This document shows positions 33,961 through 46,282 of a DNA stretch of 64,000 bases, one piece after another (within the stretch, counting starts at the first letter, position 1; each line of letters opens with the position of its first letter). The notes under the pieces were generated by a model. That model made no database searches and was not told the DNA's origin. It saw only the letters and a list, made by a program, of their open reading frames with translations. Origin of the DNA: Ascoidea asiatica JCM 7603 (Eukaryota; Fungi; Ascomycota); the NCBI GenBank assembly GCA_001600695.1, contig BCKQ01000003.1, positions 1,206,940 through 1,270,939 on the forward strand, read 5' to 3'. The translations under genes and the position numbers were made by a program.

Positions 33961-34418
33961 AATATTTAGTCCTGAGGGTTCAATATGAATTCCAGTTTAC
34001 CAAATAATTAAAATTAAAATTCACTCGAGTAATTGAACCAATTATTGAATGAATATCCAATTAATTTTTTCTTAAGAAATTTGTTTGAATATTTTCATAA
34101 ACATTGTTTCAATTATCGTATGTTAAAATGTCTTACTTTTTCAAAAAAAAAACGAATAATGTTTCTGAATAATTATTTAATGCAATTCAGTTACTTCGAA
34201 ACAAAAAACGAAAAACAAAAAATTTCTTTTCAATGTTCATTCAATTAGCGTTATTTTATCACAGTGTTATCAAAAGATTTTCAAGGCACTGTTCTGCAAA
34301 TACTACTCTACTTTATATATAAAATGTTTTTGTTGATATTGAAAAGTTACGTGTATATATTATATTTTTTAATTAAAACTTATAGATAAATTAGAAATAA
34401 AAAACTATAGAAATCATA

Positions 34419-35891
34419 CTAATAAGAAGAATTTTTAATTTTTCTAATAATAATTTGTAAAATATTTTTAGTATTATCATCAAATTTACTAGATATTAAA
34501 TCATTACTTATAATATTATCATTCAAATAATCAGAAAACTTTTTTGTTAATTTTAATTTATCATCACTTGATTTAATTATTTTTGATATATATGCAGAAA
34601 ATTTATTGACAGATAATTGTAAATTATCAATTAATGAATTTGTATCAATAATTAAGTTTTTCTTAGCATTTTTAATTGAATTACTTTTTGGATTCAATTG
34701 AGATTGAGATTTCAATTGATATTGTAATTTAATTGAAGGTAATAGTATAAATTTAATTGGTAAAGTTATATCCAAGAATATTGAGTCTAAATTATTTGGA
34801 AATGAAGTTAATAAACTATTTATGATATGATTTGAAAGATAAATTCTATCAAGATCAATATAATTTTCAATTAAATTTAAGAAGTTTAAAGAAAAATCAT
34901 AAATTTTTGATTGATTTGAATTTAAAGTATTAATTGCAGTATCATAAATAATTAAAGCAACATCACCTTTTAAAGCAGGATTATTTTCTGGATTTCCAAG
35001 CATATTAATATCAGCTTCAGGTAATTTATTTAATAATGAATTTAAATTTTCTTTATCTTTATTTTCATCATTTATTGAAACATCAATTGAAGTGAAATCA
35101 TCACCATTTGATAAATTATCATTTTTTAAAATATTTTGTAATTTATCATCAATTTTATCATCTTGAAGTTCTAAATCATTAATTTGTTGAGAATTTGAAG
35201 ATAAACCTAATAATTTTCTTCTTGCTAATAATTTTGAAACATAATTTAATTCTAAATTTGCATAAGATAAATATAATTTTAAAGAATAAGGATTGAATCT
35301 TATTGCTTTTTGTAAAAGAGATCTTGCAGATTTTATATTTGCATTTATATCAAATTCATAATTTGAAGCACTTAACCAAGTATTAATATTAGTTGGATGT
35401 AATTGTAATAATTTTGAATAAATTTTATAAACATTTTTAATTGAATTTAAAGATTTTGCATAATTTAAATAATTTTTCCAAATTAAAAAATCATTTGGAA
35501 ATTTTTGAGTTGCTCTTTGATATAAAAATAAAATTCTTCTTTGACCAGCCCAATCACTAATTGAAATTTGATTATTTTTCTTATTTTTTGAATTTTTTTT
35601 ATTCTTTGAATCTTTTGAATTTTTTGAATTTGAAGTTGTAGTTGATTTAATTAATCCAACTTTTGATAATCTTGTATATCTTTTTATTCTTAATTTTTCT
35701 AAATTTTTTTCATATTGTATATATTTCAAGAAATGTAAAGGTTTTGAATTCGACATTATTGAATATTCATACGCAGTTTTTTTCTTAATTATTAATCTAA
35801 TTTCATTTTTTGTAAATAAACCTTTTTCTTGAAGATCCTCTATTTCAGGAAGTTGTTTTTCTAAATAATGTCTAGCTATATCTGAAGACAT
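34419..35891 (-). CDS. UTP6: U3 snoRNP / SSU processome HAT-repeat protein
   Basis: RHYLEKQLPEIEDLQEKGLFTKNEI, ISDWAGQRRILFLYQR, NPALKGDVAL. Confidence 0.9.
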   Translation of the reverse strand: MSSDIARHYLEKQLPEIEDLQEKGLFTKNEIRLIIKKKTAYEYSIMSNSKPLHFLKYIQYEKNLEKLRIKRYTRLSKVGLIKSTTTSNSKNSKDSKNKKNSKNKKNNQISISDWAGQRRILFLYQRATQKFPNDFLIWKNYLNYAKSLNSIKNVYKIYSKLLQLHPTNINTWLSASNYEFDINANIKSARSLLQKAIRFNPYSLKLYLSYANLELNYVSKLLARRKLLGLSSNSQQINDLELQDDKIDDKLQNILKNDNLSNGDDFTSIDVSINDENKDKENLNSLLNKLPEADINMLGNPENNPALKGDVALIIYDTAINTLNSNQSKIYDFSLNFLNLIENYIDLDRIYLSNHIINSLLTSFPNNLDSIFLDITLPIKFILLPSIKLQYQLKSQSQLNPKSNSIKNAKKNLIIDTNSLIDNLQLSVNKFSAYISKIIKSSDDKLKLTKKFSDYLNDNIISNDLISSKFDDNTKNILQIIIRKIKNSSY

Positions 35892-36095
35892 TGTTTATCT
35901 ATTTATTTGATTGGATATATGTTTAATTACTGATAATAGCCTTTAATGATCTCTGATTATCTTTAGTGATCTTTAATGATCTTTAATGGTCTTCAAATGA
36001 TTTCAATGCTTTCCCAATTCTGCCAATATTTAATAATTTGTTGATATATTTTTTTCTATTAGATTTAACTTTAAAAAAAAAAATTTAATATCCGG

Positions 36096-36106
36096 GAAAT
36101 TTTTCA
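36096..36106 (-). promoter_or_regulatory. RRPE element upstream of UTP6
   Basis: TGAAAAATTTC on the minus strand about 200 bp upstream of a ribosome-biogenesis gene. Confidence 0.6.
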
Positions 36107-38727
36107 AAATCCGGACAATTTGGAAAATAATCCGCGCTTGCGGTACTTAATTGTAAAATATGTATTGTTTCCATGGTCGGACTAAATACGGATTGTGCAC
36201 CGGTTTTTTTTCTTCCTCGCTTTTCAGATTTTCGTATCAGCAAAATGAGCAAAATCACAAAACTGAGGAGAGTGCAGCTGTGCATTGCTGATAATAATCA
36301 ACAGTAATTATTTTCTAAACTCTTTATTTCAAAATGGAAGAGTCTCTCCCATTTGCGCGGTGAATGAGTTGAAAACAGCATTTTGTAGTGCGCTGCAACA
36401 CTACGGGGACACCACGCAATTTCACCACACAAAACTTGGTCAAATAAGCTCCGGCCAGCGGCGTCGGCCCACTTTTGCACATAATCCAGAAAAAGGCCTG
36501 AAAAGGCCCAGAAAATTAGTTGAAGAGCCAGAATAATCACAGAAAACTTGAGGAGAAAAATAATAATGAAAACATATCGGAAAAAGACCGGATAAAGCAA
36601 TCCAAACTCAGAGAAAAATAAATTTTGACACACAAATGAGAAAATCTCAGTGAATTTTTTCCTATGGTCTCCTACAAAAAACAGATTATGACCCAGAACA
36701 TTGGTTTTTTGGAACTCTTCCGTAGGAAACGCTAGTTTTTGTTTTTCGCTTGCAAATTCCAATGACGTTGGACGCTGTACTTTGCTGCTGTGCACTGTGC
36801 CTTAAACATTTGTCCCGCTGTTTTTGAAATCCAAAAGATATTTTCTTTTATCTTTTGGGCACATTTCCTCACCCGGTCAACACAACAACTCAATTGTTCC
36901 TGCACAGAATGCCAGCCTTCTGCGTATGAGCCTAACAGTAAAAGTCACTAGCCCAAATTTATGATATCACAAAATTGGCCCGTACAAAACTACAAAATCC
37001 AACCGCGCGGTGTTTTACTTTACTGATTGTTATTATTATTATTATTATTATTACCAGGATCACGTGTAAAATGTAATAGCCCAACCTAAAGGTGAAATAG
37101 AAATCATATAAACAGATATTTTTGCAAAACAAACGAGGAATAAATATGACATCAATGAGAGGAATTTTTTGTTTGCAGAAATGAGAAACACTTTACAAAA
37201 AAGTGTGTGTTCCACGCGGTACTGAATTTTTCTTATGCGTGCAAAAGGTGTTGCTTGTTTTTTTCCTTGCTAGTAGTGTTACCAACAGGTGCAACATTAT
37301 CGCCATTCCGTCCCAATTAGTCGTATTCTCAGTAATTCAGAACTAAAGTTTTCGTTCGTATACAGCTCCGCACACCTAGGCATAGATCTGCATAAATTGG
37401 TCCTGCACTGCGACGGTTAATGAGCATAAGGTTCAGTGCGGGACATCGGGAAGCGTCTTTTGATCCGGAAGTGCATCAATTTTTCTACAACACTGGTAAT
37501 TTCTATTTTTTTATTCTTTTTATTTTTGTTCTTTTCTTTTTTTTTTATTTATCATCGGTATTATCTTTACTATCTTTATTCTTCATTATCCTCATCATTG
37601 ATTTTATTATCTTTACTTCTCATGTTTTTAATTTGGCTGTGAAGTTATCTATTGAAACATGTATCTCATTGCTCATAATTTCATTATCTCACTGTTTAAG
37701 TTGATGGAAGTTGATTCATTGGTTTTAGTCAGTCTCTGTTTTTATTATTTAAATTTTTATTCAAAGTCTTATAAATGACTTAAATCAAATGATTAAATTG
37801 TATTCTTTATGAATCATTGTATGATTATTCTGTATTCATTTGAGAAAACTTTTCAAATTTGAAATGAAATTGAATTATTGAATGTCTCTTAAAGTCTTTG
37901 ATCTCATTAATCATTTCAAAAGTTTTTCAGAACAAAACGCTTCCTAAGAATTAATCACTAATATTTTGATAAGTTTTAAATTCACAATATCTTCACTAGA
38001 TTCATATCTTTTTTTAAACATTCATATTTGTTCAAATATTGTTCAAAAAAGTTAAAAAATTATTCGAGAAATTTCACTAATGCTTAAAGAAAATTAAAAT
38101 TTCTTCAAAAAAGTTCAAATGTATGATCATTTTATTATTTATCATTTATTATTTTGTATTCACTGATTATTTTTTATTTTTTTTTATCTAGTTTTCGAGA
38201 TTTTATTATTCTACACTAAATTAATCGAATACTATACAGTAATTCATTTTCAATAATTTTCTACTTGAATTCTGGTTTTTATAATCTTTTGACCTATTTG
38301 GAATTTAAAATTTCAAATTTTTTTTTATCTTTTACAAAATTTACAAATATCTTTTATTGTAAATTTCTTATTATTCTGTTCAAATTTAATCTTTAATCTT
38401 TTATCTTTAATCTTTAGCGTTTTTTCTTTTTTTTATTTTATTTTATAATTTTTATTTTTTCAAATTCTTATTTCTTATTTCTTATTTATAATTTATAATT
38501 TTCTTATTATTTATCTTTTTTATTACCATTTTTAACTATAAATTTTGATTTGTATAAATAGTAAATTATTTCTTTTTTTCCATTAATTTCTATATCATAT
38601 ATATTTCTATTTGTCACATATTTATATATCTCATACTCTTTATATGATATATTATATTTTATATTATATATTATATATCATTTCTTATATTATAATAAAA
38701 ATTAGAGATTTCAATATTTTTTTAAAA

Positions 38728-41700
38728 ATGACTAAACCAATATCATCAGAAAATAATGAATTATATGAAAACAACACCAATAAAATTAACAATAACAGCA
38801 ACAATAGTGAGAACGATTACAATCAAGTAGATCCTCAAGAATTATATGAAACTATTTCCTCAGTACTTGCAATATCCTCAGCTTCTTATTCTCATTATTC
38901 TCATTCTCACTCTCACTCTCATTTAATCTCGAATATCAATGAGGAAAATCAAACTCAAAATCAATCAAATGATAATATAAATAACAATAATGATAACAAT
39001 AATGATAACAATAATAATAACAATCACATACAAAACAATAGTGCTAATGATAACAATTATAATCCAGAAATTCAATATGAAAACAATTATTATATAAACG
39101 ATTGTGAATGTGATGAAGATGATTACGATTATGACGACGACGAAGAAGATATTGATGATTTCGATGATGATTTTGATGACGATTTCGACAGTGAAGATGA
39201 TTCAAATATGATAGATAAATATCCAATAGAAAATGATAGATATCATCTTAAATTCAATGAATTGAAATATTCAAATGGGTTTATATTATCTTGTTTGAAT
39301 ATAATCTCAGATTCTTCACAATATCCAAACATTTCGATTAAAAAATATTTATCGACAATAATCTTAAATTATACTCAAACTTATTTAATCAAAGATCTAT
39401 CAAATTCAAGTTTAAATTTAAATTATACTTTATATATCGATGAAAATCAAAGATATCTAATATTAACTAATATCTTCAATACTATTTTTAGTCTTAAGCT
39501 TTTATTAACTGAGAAAATTAGTAGAATAAACCGATTTTATACTTTAACAATCAGTTCAATAATTGAAAATTTATCTTCTTCTTTAGGTTTAATGATTAAA
39601 AGTGATATTCTATCTTGTGATAATAATAATATCATATTAAATAATTTATCAGATAATATCACTACTTCAACAAATGAAAGAAATTCATTAAATTTTTTAT
39701 TTTCGAATATTTTTAATTCATCTTATTTATTATCATCTCCAAATATTATAAGTCCATTTGATAAACCTCTTATGATGTTTTATTATAATTCTGCTCATTT
39801 ATCACTAAAATTTTTTAATGATTTGTCGACTGATCTTTTATCAAACTCATTCATTAATCCATCATTATTACCTAGATTCAAACTAATAATTTCTCATTTC
39901 ATTTCCTCAATTCATCCTTCAATTACACAATTAGCTGATATTTCACTCTATTCAAATGATAATTTAAAATTACTATGTGAAAATAATTTATTATCTTTAA
40001 ATTATTTTTATTTCATAAAAGTATTTTTATGTACAATAGATTTTAAATTATTTTTTGTTTTAAGATTTGATGTTTATTTGAATTTATGGGTGATGCTATT
40101 AATTCAAGCTTTAAAGAAAAATTTATTATTACCTTTTGAATCCTGGAATAATAATTTATGGCTTATTACAATGGATTTAATTTTAAACTCTTTAAACAAT
40201 TTATTATCATATTTTCTGAATAATTTAGAAAATATCAAACAAAATAATCCTACTTTTTTTCAACATTTTCTTATACTTCATTTACCTGAAATAATGAGTT
40301 ATTATTTCGATTTAATTAAAAATTGGGATTTAAACCCAAATTTAATTTGGTTAACTCCAAATTCTATGTCAGCAAATATGGATATCTCATCAATTTCATT
40401 TGATAATATTAATAATATTTTCAATTCAAGTTATTTTTTTTCAATTAATAATTTACCAAATTTTGATTCTTTAATTTCAATTCTCCTGTTATTAAATGAT
40501 AATAATCACTTATCCTTCTTTAAACAGAATTTAAATACAATCTTTAACTTTTATTATAAGTTCTTAATACCAACAAATGAAATACTCAACTTAATTAATT
40601 TAGTACCTTACAAATATTTATATGAAAGACTAAAGTTCTTTGAAGGTTTTTTCAATTCCCCATTTTTCTTTTCATTTATATTCAATAAAGGAACTGATCC
40701 AAATGATGATCTTTCAAATTTCTTTTTGAAAGAATTTGTGAAGTTTATTAAATTCAAATTCAATCTTTTGGAAAAAAGACAGAAATTAATTTGTGGAAGT
40801 TTAGAAACAATGGAAATTGCTAAAAGAAAAGAAAGTTTATTAATAATGATTGATCATATTTTATTAAATATAATCAATACTGAAGAGTGTGAAGTGAATA
40901 AATATTTGAATGAAAAATTTGTTATTGAACTTATTTTACCAAATTTATCATCGAATTTTGATTTTTTAAGATTAAGAACTCTTGAAACATTATCAAGTTT
41001 TTCAAGAATAAATATTAATCCAAATATAATTATTAATATTATTGAAAAATTTAGTGAAATGAATAGAAGAGAATTATTTGAGTCTAGTGATATATCGGTT
41101 CTATTTAAAATTCAAATTCTTTCTTTGGTTAAACTTTATGCTGGAAATAGTAATAATTTTAGAAATGCATTTGAAAATAGACTTTTTTCAATATTAAACC
41201 TTTCAAGTGAAACTATAACTCCGAATGAATCAAACAATTCTGATAATACTTATAAACTTTTTAATATTGATAATTTTCAATTTTATAAAGCAAATTATTA
41301 CACACCAATATTCAATATTTTCACACAAAATTTAATTGGAAAGAATAAAATTTATGACTTTATTAGTGAAATCAATGATAATTTTTTCATATTATTCAAA
41401 AATGAATCTTTCAATGAAAACAAATTGAAGAAATTTGGAGAAAAAAATTATTTCAAAATGGATGATAAAATTTCAAGATATTTAAAAAATGATAATTTAA
41501 AATTAAAAGCCAATTTTTTCACAATTTATTTAGAAATTTTAATTAAACAAAGTGGATTAATTGAAAAATATGCATTAAATGATACTTTAGAAGTTAGTGA
41601 AGAAGATCTTGAAAATATTGATGAACAACTTAAAAGAAGTAAATTAATTTTTAAAATTATAATTTATAATGATTTATTTAAAGAATTTCCAACATGTTTA

Positions 41701-41826
41701 AGTTTACTTGTAGAATTATCAGAAATATTACTGATTGAACAAAATTCTATAAGGAGATTAAGATTAAAAACCAGATATACAAATTATGAGTATGGATTTC
41801 AAAATTTTGCTCAATTAATTATCTAA
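38728..41826 (+). CDS. Highly diverged importin-7/8 (Nmd5/Sxm1)-like HEAT-repeat protein
   Basis: First ATG at 38728 (the track starts at TTG). IBN_N-like GFILSCLNII...IDENQRYLI; FVIELILPNLSSNFDFLRLRTLE resembles the Nmd5/Sxm1 FLRARAC segment. Confidence 0.55.
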   Translation: MTKPISSENNELYENNTNKINNNSNNSENDYNQVDPQELYETISSVLAISSASYSHYSHSHSHSHLISNINEENQTQNQSNDNINNNNDNNNDNNNNNNHIQNNSANDNNYNPEIQYENNYYINDCECDEDDYDYDDDEEDIDDFDDDFDDDFDSEDDSNMIDKYPIENDRYHLKFNELKYSNGFILSCLNIISDSSQYPNISIKKYLSTIILNYTQTYLIKDLSNSSLNLNYTLYIDENQRYLILTNIFNTIFSLKLLLTEKISRINRFYTLTISSIIENLSSSLGLMIKSDILSCDNNNIILNNLSDNITTSTNERNSLNFLFSNIFNSSYLLSSPNIISPFDKPLMMFYYNSAHLSLKFFNDLSTDLLSNSFINPSLLPRFKLIISHFISSIHPSITQLADISLYSNDNLKLLCENNLLSLNYFYFIKVFLCTIDFKLFFVLRFDVYLNLWVMLLIQALKKNLLLPFESWNNNLWLITMDLILNSLNNLLSYFLNNLENIKQNNPTFFQHFLILHLPEIMSYYFDLIKNWDLNPNLIWLTPNSMSANMDISSISFDNINNIFNSSYFFSINNLPNFDSLISILLLLNDNNHLSFFKQNLNTIFNFYYKFLIPTNEILNLINLVPYKYLYERLKFFEGFFNSPFFFSFIFNKGTDPNDDLSNFFLKEFVKFIKFKFNLLEKRQKLICGSLETMEIAKRKESLLIMIDHILLNIINTEECEVNKYLNEKFVIELILPNLSSNFDFLRLRTLETLSSFSRININPNIIINIIEKFSEMNRRELFESSDISVLFKIQILSLVKLYAGNSNNFRNAFENRLFSILNLSSETITPNESNNSDNTYKLFNIDNFQFYKANYYTPIFNIFTQNLIGKNKIYDFISEINDNFFILFKNESFNENKLKKFGEKNYFKMDDKISRYLKNDNLKLKANFFTIYLEILIKQSGLIEKYALNDTLEVSEEDLENIDEQLKRSKLIFKIIIYNDLFKEFPTCLSLLVELSEILLIEQNSIRRLRLKTRYTNYEYGFQNFAQLII

Positions 41827-42411
41827 AATATTACCTATTTTTTTAATTATGCATTTGTGTTAATATATATTAAATTTTGTAATTTATTTTTTTATCATTA
41901 TTTTATTATTCTTTTTGTTTCTTTCTTTTGTGAAATATTTTATATCATTTTTAGAAGTTTTTATTTTGTGCATTTTCACTCATTCCCAATTTTTTTTCAC
42001 TACAGTTTCAATATTATTTTTTTATAATTAAGTCATTTTTTATTATTATTATATTTTTAAATAAATTAAAATTAAGACCCGCTATAATATACAATTTTAA
42101 TAGAAAAAATAACAAGATTAGTAATTGTTTGTAAGAGATTAAATGTCATTATTCGTAAAACAATTATATTTGATTGTAATTAATGACTAGAGATCATTAA
42201 CTTTGAGATTATTAATCTATACTTTTAGGATACGATATATTAATATAATACAATAAATAATTCTTTGAGTTTAAGTTTAAGTTTAAGTTTAAATTTGACT
42301 TCAATTTGACTTAGAATTTAAAATATAATTTGAAAAATAATTTGAGATTGAATTTGAGGTTAAAATATGTTTTGAAGTTAAATTTTAAATCAATTATTTT
42401 AATTTATAAAT

Positions 42412-43902
42412 TTAATAAATATTTAAAATTTTTTTACCAATTACATTATCCCAATTTTGATCCCATCTATTTAAAGATTCTATCATTGCACCTTTCTTTA
42501 AAGAATTATAAAGATTATCATCAGTTACAATTTTTAAAATATTTTTAAATAAATCCATTGGAATTTGATTAATTGATAAACCATTAATATTATCTTTAAT
42601 AAGTTCATTTAAAGATTTAAAATTTAAAGCAATTACTGGAATTCCAGAACCAAACATATCTAAAATTTTCATTGGTAAATCTAAACCAGAAGATGAAGTA
42701 TGTAAAGAAATACCTAAATCTACTAAAGATAAAATTTTTGAATAATCTTCATAAGATAACCAAAAATTTTTTATAATTATATTTTTTGAAAATTTTAATG
42801 AAATTATAGACTTATTGAATTGAGATTGTAATGGACCTTTACCAGTTACAATTAAATATAATTTTGGTAAATATGGGGTATTATTATTATTATTATTATT
42901 TTTATTATCATTATTGGTAGGATTAAATTTTTTATAATAATTTATATAATAAGTATCATATAATTTTAGAGCATTTAAAAGTAAATTAAAATCTTCATCT
43001 GGAGTAAAAGAAGTTGAAGAGAATAAAATTTTATCTTTTTTAAAATTAAAATTTGAATTTAGAATTTCTGAATTTTTAAAAATATAATCAAATTTTGAAG
43101 AAGTTGAATTATTAATAGTATTTAATTTAGTTTCAATATTTTCAATTGGAGTAAATTGATTTGAAGGTTTATCATATAATACTAAAATTTTATTTTTATC
43201 AAATTTAAATGAATTTATTAAAAATTTTTTTAAATTTTCAGTAACAGTTAAATTATAATTTGAAAATCTTCCAAGAAATAATTCATAAAATTTAGATAAT
43301 TTAACTAATGGATGATTTAAATTATTATTATATTTTAAAGATAAAATTGTATATGCTAAATTATGCCAATCTATAATTAATTGAGTTGAATTTGAGAAAA
43401 TTTTTATAAATATTAAAACTATTAAAAAAATTGGAATTGAAGGTGGATTTTGAATTAAAATATAATTAATTTCATTATTTTTTTTAAAATTTAATAATAA
43501 TTTAAATATGAAAAAAATTTGAAATATAATTTTTTTAAGAATATAAATTAAATTTATTTCATTTTTTTTTTTAATATATATTGGAATATTATTAATTGAA
43601 ATATTAATATTATTTAATAAATTAACAGATAAATTTGATTGTAAATAACCACAAAGTTCAACATTATAATTTTTTTTTGCAAATGATAAAGCATGATTAC
43701 ACATTCTTGGAGAATGACCTAAATCTCCAAGTACCATTATTACAACATTTTTTTTAATATTTGAATATTTATTTTTTGAAATTTTTGAAATTTTTGATGA
43801 AGATTTTAAAGAATTTGATGAATGAAAATATGGTAAGATTATGTAAAATAAAATTGGACAAAAGAGATAAAAAGCTATAAGAAATTTGACCAAGAAATGC
43901 AT
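42412..43902 (-). CDS. ALG1: Chitobiosyldiphosphodolichol beta-mannosyltransferase
   Basis: VLGDLGHSPRM, QNPPSIP, IIDWHN, SSTSFTPDEDF, LHTSSSGLDLPMK; first ATG at 43902 followed by a TM helix. Confidence 0.95.
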   Translation of the reverse strand: MHFLVKFLIAFYLFCPILFYIILPYFHSSNSLKSSSKISKISKNKYSNIKKNVVIMVLGDLGHSPRMCNHALSFAKKNYNVELCGYLQSNLSVNLLNNINISINNIPIYIKKKNEINLIYILKKIIFQIFFIFKLLLNFKKNNEINYILIQNPPSIPIFLIVLIFIKIFSNSTQLIIDWHNLAYTILSLKYNNNLNHPLVKLSKFYELFLGRFSNYNLTVTENLKKFLINSFKFDKNKILVLYDKPSNQFTPIENIETKLNTINNSTSSKFDYIFKNSEILNSNFNFKKDKILFSSTSFTPDEDFNLLLNALKLYDTYYINYYKKFNPTNNDNKNNNNNNNTPYLPKLYLIVTGKGPLQSQFNKSIISLKFSKNIIIKNFWLSYEDYSKILSLVDLGISLHTSSSGLDLPMKILDMFGSGIPVIALNFKSLNELIKDNINGLSINQIPMDLFKNILKIVTDDNLYNSLKKGAMIESLNRWDQNWDNVIGKKILNIY

Positions 43903-44926
43903 TTTTTTTGTGGAAGTTCGGTCATGAAGAAATTTGAATATATTTAAGATTAATGAATGAATAAAGGAATTGAGTTGAAATGATTCTTTTCTCCAGGGTG
44001 ATTGATAAATTGACTTCAATTGAATTGATTAAAACAAATATCAAATAAAATAAAGGTCTAATTCAATAATTCAATAAACAATAAACAATAAACAATAAAC
44101 AATAAACAAAATTAAGCGCTGTCAGAAATCAAAATAAAATAAAAAGAAGATTACGTAATGCGGTTTGAGAAGTGGTTTCCGCGGCAGTGGATCCTAGCGG
44201 TATATCCGTTGCGGATCTGATTTGTGGAGTGAAACTTTTAATTCAAATTGAAATAAAACAGAAATTGAAACAAATGTGAAATGAAAAGAAATGTTTATTT
44301 TGTTATTGTTATTGTTATTGTTATTGTTATTAATGAAATAGAGAATATATGAAGTAAAACATAGACAAGTATGTTGATTGGAAGTTGTTAATGGTTATTG
44401 AATGATGGGTGAATATGTTTCATGAGTGTAGAATATACATAAATAATAATATTATACTCTATTTGGTGGTTTTCTCTTTTATATACTTTATCTATTAAAA
44501 TATTATCAGAAGAATATGAAAAATAATAAAGTGAGAACAAATTTATATTAATGTCTTAGCCTCATTATATTACATTAATTTAAAGAAATATATATTGAAA
44601 ATGGAATAAAGATTTTCATTTAATAACATTACGTAATTAGATAATTATAATCTCAATTTGGAATAATTTCATAAAAATAACTACTTTTACTTTATTATAA
44701 TATAATATGAATATAAATAAATAATATACTGTATATATATATGAAAGATTTCCTAAAATGACAATGAATGGAAATATATGAAACTTAAAAAGTTTATATA
44801 TATAATAGATGAATTTCATAAATAAAAATGAATATAAATTAAAATGTATTTAACATATTTCAAAATAAATTGAGTAAATAATTAATTAGGAAGAATTGAA
44901 TTGAATTGAATTGAATTGAATTGAAA

Positions 44927-46282
44927 ATGTTTAAATTTATATCATTAATATCATTAATTACTTTATTTTCATTATTTTATTCAATTGTAAATTCATTATA
45001 TTTACCAAATAAATTAATTTCAAATACAATTAATAATAAAGTTAAAGAAATTAAATCATTTTCATTAGATTTTCAAGTAAGTAAAAGAAATAACAAAAGA
45101 AATAACAAAAGAAATAATAATTATAATGAAAATTATTTAGAAAGTAGTTTAAATTATAGTGGATTTATTTATAAAGCAAATTTATTAATTGGTACACCAT
45201 TTCAAGAAATTCAAGTTACTATAGATACAGGATCATCAGATTTATGGGTTAATACAATTGAAAATCCAAATATTTTAAATTTAAATAATAAATCTGAAAT
45301 TTTTTATAATAATGAATCAAGTTCATATAAAGAAATTTCTGGAGTTGAAGAATTTTATATAAATTATGCAGATTCTACATTTTCATCAGGTAATTGGAGT
45401 AAAGAAACTATTCAATTAGGTAATGGTAACAGTAATTATAAGATTGAAAATTTTATATTTGGATCAGTTAAATTATCAAATTCTTCAAGTAATGGAATGT
45501 TAGGTATTGGATTAAAAAATAATGAAGTTAAAGATAATAAATATGATAATTTTCCAATAAGATTAAAAAAAGAAAATTATATTAATAAAATTCTTTATTC
45601 AGTTTATTTAAATAATGAAACAAATTCAGGTAATATAATTTTTGGTGGTATTGATTTAAAAAAAATGAGTAATGAATATATTACTTTACCAATAATTTAT
45701 GCAGATTATTATGATGTTTATGAATTGACAAAAGATGGATTAAAATCATTTTTTATTCAACTTGATAATATTACAATCACCAATGATAGTGATAATATTA
45801 CTTTAAATAGTAATGGTAGTAATGGTAGTAATGATAGTAATGATAGTAGATTTTTAAATAATTCAAAAGGACCTGCATTAATTGATACTGGAGCAGCAGT
45901 TTTTTATGCACCAACAAATGTTTTAGAACAAGTTGGAAATTTTTTAGGTAATTCAGTTACATATAATTTAAATTATGAAGGATATTCAGGAAAATGTGAA
46001 GATTTAAATAAATTTTTAAATTATAAATTTGAATTTAATTTTAATGGTATAATTTTAAAAATTTCATTTCTTGATTTTATTTATAATTTAAATGATATTG
46101 ATTCAAATGAAGATTCTAATTATTGTTTATTTGCAATGCTTAATAATCCATATTCACAAGATTATACATTTGGTGATATTTTTATTAGAAATTCATATTG
46201 TATTTTTGATTTAGAAAATTATCAAATTACTTTATCTCAATTAGTTAAATCAAGTGATTCAAATATTGTTGAATCACTTTAA
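44927..46282 (+). CDS. Secreted aspartic protease (Sap/yapsin/Bar1 family)
   Basis: Signal peptide, Kex2 KR sites, DTGSSDLWV and IDTG catalytic motifs, FGDIFIRNSYCIFDLEN; no Ser/Thr-GPI tail. Confidence 0.9.
   Translation: MFKFISLISLITLFSLFYSIVNSLYLPNKLISNTINNKVKEIKSFSLDFQVSKRNNKRNNKRNNNYNENYLESSLNYSGFIYKANLLIGTPFQEIQVTIDTGSSDLWVNTIENPNILNLNNKSEIFYNNESSSYKEISGVEEFYINYADSTFSSGNWSKETIQLGNGNSNYKIENFIFGSVKLSNSSSNGMLGIGLKNNEVKDNKYDNFPIRLKKENYINKILYSVYLNNETNSGNIIFGGIDLKKMSNEYITLPIIYADYYDVYELTKDGLKSFFIQLDNITITNDSDNITLNSNGSNGSNDSNDSRFLNNSKGPALIDTGAAVFYAPTNVLEQVGNFLGNSVTYNLNYEGYSGKCEDLNKFLNYKFEFNFNGIILKISFLDFIYNLNDIDSNEDSNYCLFAMLNNPYSQDYTFGDIFIRNSYCIFDLENYQITLSQLVKSSDSNIVESL

Noticed and set aside
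37058-37190. CDEI-like ATCACGTG (also RTCACATG near 50649 and 52926) as a point centromere
   Set aside because: No convincing CDEIII CCG element at the proper spacing and no uniformly AT-rich CDEII
36085-37704. Short ORFs (36298-36795, 37420-37704 and others), and likewise other small track ORFs overlapping real genes
   Set aside because: Often non-ATG starts, no motifs, atypical codon usage, or antisense shadows of real CDSs
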